Below are positions 27,268 through 33,984 of a stretch of DNA of 35,334 nt, piece after piece. The notes beneath the pieces are model-generated. The model had not been told where the DNA came from and did not search any database. It saw nothing but the letters and a program-made list of their open reading frames with translations. The translations under genes were made by a program, and so were the position numbers. The stretch's first letter is position 1. Each line of letters opens with the position of its first letter. Source of the DNA: Chloroflexota bacterium (lineage in GTDB: Bacteria; Chloroflexota; Anaerolineae; UBA7937). The stretch spans positions 1-35,334 of the forward strand of contig DMLA01000018.1 in assembly GCA_003453555.1 (NCBI GenBank), given 5' to 3'.

Positions 27268-27436
27268 CTCCTTAACTCCTTTTTGGCTCAGATTCTATCC
27301 GCTATCACAATTTGTACGTGGACTCTATCTATCACCTCCCTCCCAAAAGCGGTACCGCTCTTGACATATAATACTACAAATCCATTTCTTAGGCAAGCGC
27401 TAGATATGCCAAGTATTGACACCCTTACCTCAAGCC

Positions 27437-27470
27437 TTTATACTAATTAACCTTTTGCATATATAATATG
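27437..27470. other. AT-rich stretch, candidate DNA unwinding element of oriC
   Basis: TTTATACTAATTAACCTTTTGCATATATAATATG has only 6 G/C in 34 nt within a G+C-rich genome. It abuts the TAG-trio-like repeat. Confidence 0.45.
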
Positions 27471-27485
27471 TAGTAGTGATAGTAG
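27471..27485 (+). promoter_or_regulatory. DnaA-trio-like trinucleotide repeat
   Basis: TAG TAG TGA TAG TAG. On the dnaA-coding strand this reads CTA repeats. It lies between a degenerate DnaA box (27498-27506) and the AT-rich stretch. Confidence 0.4.
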
Positions 27486-27642
27486 GACCGGTTGAAAGGT
27501 GGAAAACCCTCTGTCATAGCCTGGCCCAGGCCCTATTCTGGTCTAGCAGTTGGTGGAGAAGGTGTGTAATGGATGGAAGGGAGCAGGGCGGGATGGTGAT
27601 TAGAAGTGGTGATGGGCTCCATATCATGGTGTAAGCCCTGAG

Positions 27643-27693
27643 TTATCCCCAGACAAGAGAAGTTATCCACAGGAAAAGCGGGAGTTATCCACA
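27643..27693 (+). promoter_or_regulatory. Cluster of three same-orientation DnaA boxes
   Basis: TTATCCCCA (27643-27651), TTATCCACA (27663-27671), TTATCCACA (27685-27693). Each is preceded by AG, with 20-22 bp periodicity, about 110 bp beyond the dnaA stop. Confidence 0.75.
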
Positions 27694-27799
27694 AGTGTTG
27701 GGGAAAAGGCCTCCATTCCTTCGGATCCTTCCTTCACACTCTCACGGTCTTCAGGACCCAAAAGGGAACGGACAAGGCCCCTGGGAAGGGTTTCCGGTC

Positions 27800-29278
27800 T
27801 TAAGGAAGGGCATGGTAGAGCATCTCCTTGATGGAGAGCAACTCCCGCCGCAAGGAGTCCTCCTCGGCCAGGGAAGATATCTTCTCGTAGCCGTAGAGAA
27901 TAGTAGAATGATCTCGGCCGCCCAGGGCCTTACCAATCTCCAAGAGAGAGGCGTCAGTCTCCTCTCGGGCCACATACATAGCCACTTGACGAGGGAGGGC
28001 CACGGCCTTGCCGCGGCGAGGGCTTTTGAGATCTTCCACCGAGACTCCATAGAATTGGGCTACCGCCCTTACGATCTCTTGGAGGGAAGGGGGGCGATGG
28101 GGAGCGATATCTTGGAGAGCGGCCTTAGCCACCTCCACGGTGAGAGGAGAGGCCATCATGCTGGCGTAGGCCACCACGCGGTTAAGGGCCCCTTCCAATT
28201 CCCGAATATTGCTCTGGATCTTACGGGCTAGAAAATCGATCACCTCCGCCGGGATGGGGCAGCCCGTCCTGGTACCCCGGCCTGGCGCGCCCTGGAACGT
28301 GGCAGGCCAGGGGGGCAGGCTCTCCGCCTTGAAGCGGAGGATGGCGGTACGGGTCTCCAGATCGGGGGGCTGGATGTCGGCGATCAACCCCCATTCGAAG
28401 CGGGAGCGCAACCTCTCTTCTAGGGTGGGGATCGCCTTGGGGGGGCGGTCGCTGGAGATGACGATCTGCTTATTAGCGGCGTGCAAGGTATTGAAGGTGT
28501 GGAAGAACTCTTCTTGAGTGCGCTCCTTGCCGGCGATGAACTGGATATCGTCCACCAGGAGGACGTCTATATGGCGGTATTTCAAACGGAACTCTTCGGT
28601 CGTCTGGTTGCGGATGGAGTTGATCAAGTCGTTAGTGAAAGTCTCCGAGGAGATGTAAAGAACCCTTATGTTCTTTGTGAGGGGCACATGACCGATAGCG
28701 TGGAGGAGATGGGTCTTTCCCAACCCCACGCCTCCGTAGAGGAAGAGGGGGTTATAAGCCTCAGCAGGCTTATGAGCCACGGCATAGGCGGCGGCATGGG
28801 CCAAGCGGTTGCTATTCCCCACGATGAAGGTTTCAAAAGTGTATCTGGGGTTAAGGGAGAGCGAGGATAGAGGGGGCGAAGGGAGAGCAGGCTCCTCTTC
28901 TGCGGATCCTGCCCGTCCTGGTACTTGCCGGGCCAGGGAAGGATCCTCAGGATCCTGAACGGACAGGAGGGGCGGGGAGGGTTGTCTCTGATGGGCCCTG
29001 ACTATGAATCTAACTTCTACTGTGTGACCCAGAATGCCCGCCAGAGTCCTCTTGATGGTGCCCAAGAGGCGGTTCTCCAACCACTCTTTGGCGTAAGGGT
29101 TCTCCACCCCCACGACAAGAAGGCCGTCCTCGTAGGAGACGGCAAACGTCCCCTTGAGCCAGGTGTCGTAGGTGGCCCGGGTCATCTGGAGTTGCAGTTC
29201 ACCCTGGGCGGCCTGCCAGATTCGATGGGCGTCCACGCGCTCTATGACCTCTCTTGGAGGGGCGAAAAAAGGCAGCAT
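27800..29278 (-). CDS. dnaA: Chromosomal replication initiator protein DnaA
   Basis: 492 aa. N-terminal W...L...........TW pattern, Walker A GGVGLGKTHLLHA, LLVDDIQF, SNIRELEGAL, and C-terminal DnaA signature HSTILYGYEKI. No SD before ATG 29278, so the exact start is uncertain. Confidence 0.93.
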   Translation of the reverse strand: MLPFFAPPREVIERVDAHRIWQAAQGELQLQMTRATYDTWLKGTFAVSYEDGLLVVGVENPYAKEWLENRLLGTIKRTLAGILGHTVEVRFIVRAHQRQPSPPLLSVQDPEDPSLARQVPGRAGSAEEEPALPSPPLSSLSLNPRYTFETFIVGNSNRLAHAAAYAVAHKPAEAYNPLFLYGGVGLGKTHLLHAIGHVPLTKNIRVLYISSETFTNDLINSIRNQTTEEFRLKYRHIDVLLVDDIQFIAGKERTQEEFFHTFNTLHAANKQIVISSDRPPKAIPTLEERLRSRFEWGLIADIQPPDLETRTAILRFKAESLPPWPATFQGAPGRGTRTGCPIPAEVIDFLARKIQSNIRELEGALNRVVAYASMMASPLTVEVAKAALQDIAPHRPPSLQEIVRAVAQFYGVSVEDLKSPRRGKAVALPRQVAMYVAREETDASLLEIGKALGGRDHSTILYGYEKISSLAEEDSLRRELLSIKEMLYHALP

Positions 29279-29345
29279 CCCAAATCGGGAGGGGGGCTTT
29301 CCTCAGGATGCCGAACGCACTAGGTTGTCCTTGATAAGTTTCGGT

Positions 29346-29360
29346 GGTACAAATTGTACC
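29346..29360. promoter_or_regulatory. 7-1-7 palindrome in the dnaA upstream/divergent region (candidate operator)
   Basis: GGTACAA-A-TTGTACC, 68 bp upstream of the dnaA ATG. Confidence 0.3.
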
Positions 29361-29653
29361 TGCGGGGTCTTAAGTTGGTGCCCTCACCTTGGAAGCAAAG
29401 CATCCTCCAAACGATGGAGCGCCACGAGGGATCTTTCCCCCTGGGGCAAAGCCGCCGGGCCAAGAAGCACCAGGACTCTCTGGGGGAAGAAGAGCCCGTT
29501 CCGCAAATCATTTTCTATTGTAGCAGAGAAGTTATCCTCTGACAATATGTTAGACCTTAAAATCTAAGGAGGAGGCCGATTTTTAAGGAAAGTTATGGTC
29601 AAGCGGAAGAGGCCGGTGGGCGGCTTCTTCCCCTCCCCGCGCGTTATGGCTTC

Positions 29654-31816
29654 TTGGTGAAGGGCATACTCTTCACCCTCTTGGCTTTCTTGCTGTTGGC
29701 GGCGGTGATGGCCTGGCTCCTCTATCTCGACGAGAAGGTGGTTCTAGGGATAGTTACCGATGAGCTCTCGGGGCTGCCCCTAGCCGGTGCTGTGGTCACC
29801 GTTGGCGAGACCGTCCAGGCTACCGATGACCAGGGGCGCTTTCGCTTTCAGGGTTTGAAGGGGGAGTTGAGCGTCTCCGTCCAAGCGGAGGGGTATCTGG
29901 AGACCAGGGGACGCATAGAGGTGGGGGGACTCTTCGCTAAGGAGTTCCCTTTAGAGGTGATCCTGCGCCCTAACCTCCTGGTAGGCACTGTGCGAGATGG
30001 AGAGACAGGCTCGCCTGTGCCTGGGGCCGAGATCTCTACAGGGAGGCAGATCACCTGCAGCGATACCCAGGGGAGTTTTACCTTTCGCCGCCTGAAAAGA
30101 GGGGCTACTCTCTCCATCGTCGCCCCGGGGTATGAGCCTGGGGAGGCGGTTTTTCGGGGAGAGGAAGCCCAAGTGATACACCTCCGGCCCCAGATCACGG
30201 CAGTAGAGGTGAAGGATGAGAAGGGGTTCCCCATCGGGGAAGCGGTCGTCTCGGCGGGGGAAGAGGTAGCGGAGGGAGGCCAGGAAGGGGTTTTCTTCCT
30301 GCGACGTTTGAAGGAAGGGGCCCAGATCTCTGTCCTGGCTGAGGGGTACTATGGGGCGGAGGTCATCTACGAGGGCCACTCGAAGTTGGAAGTAGTATTG
30401 CAGCGGAGCAGGGTAGTGGTGGCGGTCTATGACCTCTACACCGGCCAGCCGCTGCCAGGGGTGCTCCTATCCTGGGGAGACGACTCCTTCGTAACCGATG
30501 TCCAAGGGCAGAGCCAGATAGAGGGAGTTAAGACAGGGGATCGATTCCAACTGCAGGCGGACGGCTACGAGCGGGGCGAGGTGATATACAGTGGAGAGGG
30601 GATCATGGAGATCGCCTTGCGCCCCGATACCCTCCAGGGGGTGGTAAGGGACGAGAATACCGGCACCCCTATTCCCGATGTCGTCGTTCAGGTGGGGGAG
30701 AGGGTTTTTCACACCGATGCTAACGGGGGTTACTATCTGACCGATTTACCCGCGCAGGCGGTTATGACTTTTAGAGCCCCAGGGTTCAAAGATCTCCAGG
30801 TTGCGGCCCCCCATTCGGCTACCTTCGACGTGGTCTTGCAACCCCTGGAGGCCACCTTTGAGGCCAAGGGTATATACATCACTTTTGGCCTCTTGGCCTC
30901 GGAGGAGAAGGTGCGGGCTCTCATCGATATGGTAGCCCGCACGGAGTTGAACGCTATAGTGGTGGATATAAAAGGGGATTGGGGACGGCTAGCCTACCAT
31001 AGCGAGAACCCACTGGCTCTAGAGATAGGGGCGGAACAGAAGGGGTGGATGGAGGTCCAAGAACTCCTCCGCCTCTGCCGAGAGCGAGGCATCTATACTA
31101 TCGCGCGGCTGGTGGTGTTCAAGGACTCGGTCCTGGCGAAGGGGAGGCCAGATTGGGCCGTTAAGCGGCCGGATGGGGCGCTCTTTGTTGATGGAAAGGG
31201 CTCTTTATGGGTCGATCCCTTCCGCGAGGAAGTATGGGAGTATAATATCGCCATCGCCCGCGAGGTGGCAGCCCTGGGCTTCGACGAGTTACAGATCGAC
31301 TATATGCGCTTCCCCTCCGACGGGGAGGCGAAAACCCTCCTCTACTCCCAGCCCAGCACTGAAGAATCCCGCTATCGGGCCATAGAGGGGTTCATGGCTC
31401 GCTTACAGGCGGAACTGGCCCCCCTGGTCTTCATCTCGGCCGATGTTTTTGGGCTCACCCCCTGGGTGGACCACGAGGCGGGCATCGGCCAGATGATAGA
31501 GAACGTAGCCCCCTATGTCGACTACTTCTCTCCCATGCTCTACCCTTCCCTTTACACAGAGGGGGTTTTGCGGTTTGAGATACCGGATCCAGCTCATCAT
31601 CCCTATGAGGTAGTCTACCGCTCTCTTCTCTTGGCGGCCCAACGCACAGATACTAAGATCAGGCCCTGGTTGCAACATTACTCCTTCCACGGCGTTCAGT
31701 ATGGCCTGGAGGAATATCGGGCCCAGAAGCGGGCGGCCTATGACGCCGGGGCTGACGGCTGGCTCTTCTGGAACGCCAGCGGCATCTACGAGGAGGCGCT
31801 CTTTCAAAATGATTAG
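29654..31816 (+). CDS. Membrane-anchored protein: four carboxypeptidase-regulatory-like beta-sandwich repeats plus a C-terminal putative glycoside-hydrolase TIM-barrel (DUF4015-like)
   Basis: N-terminal TM helix. Repeats of the type G.V.D..TG.P.PG..V......TD..G.F. C-terminal AIVVDIKGD..., WVDPF..EVWEYNI.IA.E.A.LGFDE.Q.DY.RFP. TTG 29654 or GTG 29657 start. Confidence 0.78.
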   Translation: MVKGILFTLLAFLLLAAVMAWLLYLDEKVVLGIVTDELSGLPLAGAVVTVGETVQATDDQGRFRFQGLKGELSVSVQAEGYLETRGRIEVGGLFAKEFPLEVILRPNLLVGTVRDGETGSPVPGAEISTGRQITCSDTQGSFTFRRLKRGATLSIVAPGYEPGEAVFRGEEAQVIHLRPQITAVEVKDEKGFPIGEAVVSAGEEVAEGGQEGVFFLRRLKEGAQISVLAEGYYGAEVIYEGHSKLEVVLQRSRVVVAVYDLYTGQPLPGVLLSWGDDSFVTDVQGQSQIEGVKTGDRFQLQADGYERGEVIYSGEGIMEIALRPDTLQGVVRDENTGTPIPDVVVQVGERVFHTDANGGYYLTDLPAQAVMTFRAPGFKDLQVAAPHSATFDVVLQPLEATFEAKGIYITFGLLASEEKVRALIDMVARTELNAIVVDIKGDWGRLAYHSENPLALEIGAEQKGWMEVQELLRLCRERGIYTIARLVVFKDSVLAKGRPDWAVKRPDGALFVDGKGSLWVDPFREEVWEYNIAIAREVAALGFDELQIDYMRFPSDGEAKTLLYSQPSTEESRYRAIEGFMARLQAELAPLVFISADVFGLTPWVDHEAGIGQMIENVAPYVDYFSPMLYPSLYTEGVLRFEIPDPAHHPYEVVYRSLLLAAQRTDTKIRPWLQHYSFHGVQYGLEEYRAQKRAAYDAGADGWLFWNASGIYEEALFQND

Positions 31817-31877
31817 GGTTGCAAAAGAGGCCACCCTCTGATAAACTAACCTGGTTTGAGAAAAGGAGGGGTATAGC

Positions 31878-32390
31878 ATGGAACTAGCAGAGATGATACG
31901 CAGCATCCCCGATTTTCCGGTGGAGGGGATCCTCTTCAGGGATATCACCACCCTGATCAAAGAGCCTGACGCCTTTCAGGAGGCGGTAGACTCCCTGCTT
32001 GACAGTTGCGTGGGCAAGGAGATAGATGTGGTGGTGGCCATAGAGGCTCGGGGCCTCATCTTTGGGGCCCCCATGGCCTATGAGTTGGGGGCGGGCTTCG
32101 TCCCCGTGCGGAAGCCCGACAAACTCCCCTGGGAGAAGATCGCCGCCTCTTATACCTTAGAGTATGGGACCAACGTCCTGGAGATGCACGCCGATGCCAT
32201 CGAGCCCGGACAGAGGGTGCTCATCGTGGATGACCTATTGGCCACCGGGGGCTCTGCCAAGGCCACGGCGGAACTAGTGGAGAGGCTGGGCGGAGAGGTG
32301 GTGGGGTTCGTCTTCCTCATCGAACTCACCGACCTCAAGGGGGTAGAAAAACTGGAAGGGTATGAGGTCTTCTCTCTGATAAAATATTGA
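31878..32390 (+). CDS. apt: Adenine phosphoribosyltransferase
   Basis: 170 aa. PDFP..GI.F.DIT. PRPP motif VLIVDDLLATGGSA. RBS AAGGAGGGG. Confidence 0.93.
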   Translation: MELAEMIRSIPDFPVEGILFRDITTLIKEPDAFQEAVDSLLDSCVGKEIDVVVAIEARGLIFGAPMAYELGAGFVPVRKPDKLPWEKIAASYTLEYGTNVLEMHADAIEPGQRVLIVDDLLATGGSAKATAELVERLGGEVVGFVFLIELTDLKGVEKLEGYEVFSLIKY

Positions 32391-32412
32391 GCGAGAGTGG
32401 CCAACTGATAAA

Positions 32413-32439
32413 AAAGCCGAGCGCCCAGCGCTCGGCTTT
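32413..32439. terminator. Bidirectional rho-independent terminator between apt and rfbB
   Basis: AAAGCCGAGCGC (32413-32424) pairs with GCGCTCGGCTTT (32428-32439), 3-nt loop. A-run on one side and T-run on the other. Confidence 0.7.
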
Positions 32440-32459
32440 CCTTCGTTGGAGGTTGTTTC

Positions 32460-33482
32460 TCAGGGCGCTATCGTCTTCCGCTTCCCATACTGCCTCTCAT
32501 ACCACACCTTATACTCACCGCTCTTTATCTTCCGCCACCACCACTCGTTCTCTTTATACCATTTGACCGTCTTCTCCAGCGCTTCTTGGAAGGTATGGCG
32601 GCTCCTCCAGCCCAGGGCCTGTAGTTTGGTGGTATCCAGAGAGTAGCGGCGGTCGTGGCCCGGCCGATCTTCCACATATCGAATTAGGCTCTTAGGTTTC
32701 TTAAGAAACCTAAGAATCTGTTTGGCCATATCGATATTGCGAATTTCCACGCCGCTACCCACGTTGTAGATCTCCCCTATTTTCCCCTTGTGGAGGACGG
32801 TGTCTATCCCCTCGCAGTGGTCGATGACGTATTGATAATCTCGCATCTGCAACCCATCGCCGTAGAGGGGGAGAGGCAGGTCGTCGAGGGCGTTGGTGAT
32901 GAAAAGCGGCACCACCTTTTCGGGGTACTGGTAGGGGCCGATGCTGTTGGAGCCCCGGGTGATGACCACCGGAGTGCCGTAAGTGGTATAGTAGGCTAGG
33001 CAGATGAGGTCCCCCCCCGCTTTGCTGGCCGCATAGGGGCTGCGGGGGCGCAGGGGGTCGCTCTCCACCGAAGAGCCGGTCGTCACCTCCCCATATACCT
33101 CATCGGTCGATATCTGGACCATCCGTTCCAGACCGAACTTCTTAGTGGCCTCAAGTAAAACATAGGTGCCGTAAATATCGGTCTGGATGAAACTGCCCGG
33201 CTCTAGGATGCTCCGGTCCACGTGGGTCTCCGCGGCGAAGTTCAAAATGATGTTGATCCCCTGCTCCTGGACCATTCTGTCAACGAGGGGCATGTCGCAG
33301 ATGTCGCCCCTCACGAAGGAGTACCGGGGGTTATCCTCTAGATGGCGGAGGTTATCCGGGTTGCCGGCGTAGGTCAATTTGTCGTAGACCACTACCCGGT
33401 AGAGGGGATAGTTTTCCAGGATATAGTGGGTGAAGTTGGAGCCGATGAAGCCGGCTCCCCCGGTGACGAGTAGGGTTTTCAG
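32460..33482 (-). CDS. rfbB: dTDP-glucose 4,6-dehydratase (extended to a CTG start)
   Basis: The track ORF (GTG 33392) lacks the Rossmann motif. The in-frame upstream sequence reads LKTLLVTGGAGFIGSNFTHYIL. It is bounded by an in-frame TAG at 33494-33492, with no ATG/GTG/TTG before 33392. CTG 33482-33480 follows AGGAGGAGG. Catalytic YAASK is present. Confidence 0.85.
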   Translation of the reverse strand: MKTLLVTGGAGFIGSNFTHYILENYPLYRVVVYDKLTYAGNPDNLRHLEDNPRYSFVRGDICDMPLVDRMVQEQGINIILNFAAETHVDRSILEPGSFIQTDIYGTYVLLEATKKFGLERMVQISTDEVYGEVTTGSSVESDPLRPRSPYAASKAGGDLICLAYYTTYGTPVVITRGSNSIGPYQYPEKVVPLFITNALDDLPLPLYGDGLQMRDYQYVIDHCEGIDTVLHKGKIGEIYNVGSGVEIRNIDMAKQILRFLKKPKSLIRYVEDRPGHDRRYSLDTTKLQALGWRSRHTFQEALEKTVKWYKENEWWWRKIKSGEYKVWYERQYGKRKTIAP

Positions 33483-33491
33483 GGCCTCCTC

Positions 33492-33743
33492 CTAGAGTTT
33501 CTTTCCCCGGCGGCCATAGGCTTCCCTCATCAGATCCTGGATATCCTCCACGGTGAGGAGATAGGTCTCCGTCTTCTTCTCGCCCCTTATGTCCTCGGTA
33601 GTGGAGACGCGACCCTGGAGGATAATCCCCTCCTCGGTCTCGATGAGACGGATGTTGGTGAAGCCGCTCTGGTCGATATAGTGGCCGATGGTCCTTAAGA
33701 GATCCTGGTAATCTGTCTTGGACAATCCTTGGAAGAGTCTCAT
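33492..33743 (-). CDS. Small protein B (83 aa), paralog of small protein A, unknown function
   Basis: RBS GGAGAGGAGA before the ATG. ATGA overlap with protein A. Shares the core Y..LLR..G.Y...(9).I.L.E.E.G...QGR with protein A. Confidence 0.6.
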   Translation of the reverse strand: MRLFQGLSKTDYQDLLRTIGHYIDQSGFTNIRLIETEEGIILQGRVSTTEDIRGEKKTETYLLTVEDIQDLMREAYGRRGKKL

Positions 33744-33973
33744 CCCTGTCTCCTCTCCAGGAGTCTCTCCAGTTCGTCGTGGCTTAGGATCTTAGTTCTA
33801 AGGACAAAGTCGAACCCCTCGCGGGTGTTTATGAGGGCCCGCCCTTGAATTACCATACCTCCCTCCACCTCCAAGAGGCAGATATCGCGTAACCGTTCCT
33901 TCTCTGCATAGCGCCCCGCTGCCCGGAGCGCTTCCTCATAGCGTAACCTTCTGGGTTGGGGCTGTTCGGCCAT
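33740..33973 (-). CDS. Small protein A (77 aa), paralog of small protein B, unknown function
   Basis: Started at ATG 33973, preceded by GGAGG. The track start 34114 overlaps the radical SAM gene. Confidence 0.6.
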   Translation of the reverse strand: MAEQPQPRRLRYEEALRAAGRYAEKERLRDICLLEVEGGMVIQGRALINTREGFDFVLRTKILSHDELERLLERRQG

Positions 33974-33984
33974 GGGGACCTCCT

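Noticed and set aside
27361-27372. TTGACATATAAT as a promoter
   Set aside because: The -35-like and -10-like hexamers are directly adjacent with no spacer, so this cannot be a standard sigma70 promoter. It probably just reflects the AT-rich oriC context.
27569-27634. 21-codon ORF (MDGREQGGMVIRSGDGLHIMV) with an upstream GGAG within the oriC-like region
   Set aside because: It is very short and lies between the DUE and the DnaA boxes, with no support beyond an SD-like purine run. It is likely fortuitous.
29346-29360. The palindrome as a LexA/SOS box
   Set aside because: It does not fit CGAACN4GTTCG. It is also off by one position from the cyanobacterial-type RGTACNNNDGTWCB pattern as I recall it. 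I keep it only as a generic operator candidate.
29595-29660. 21-codon upstream ORF (MVKRKRPVGGFFPSPRVMASW) whose TGA overlaps GTG 29657 of the glycoside-hydrolase-like gene
   Set aside because: It could be a coupling leader peptide, but there is no conservation evidence and only a weak RBS (AAGGAAAG). This is too speculative to call.
33492-33973. The small paralogs as RiPP precursor peptides for the adjacent radical SAM enzyme
   Set aside because: At 77-83 aa, with predicted mixed helix/strand structure, they have no Cys/Ser/Thr-rich core and no leader/core organisation. They look like folded small proteins rather than precursors.
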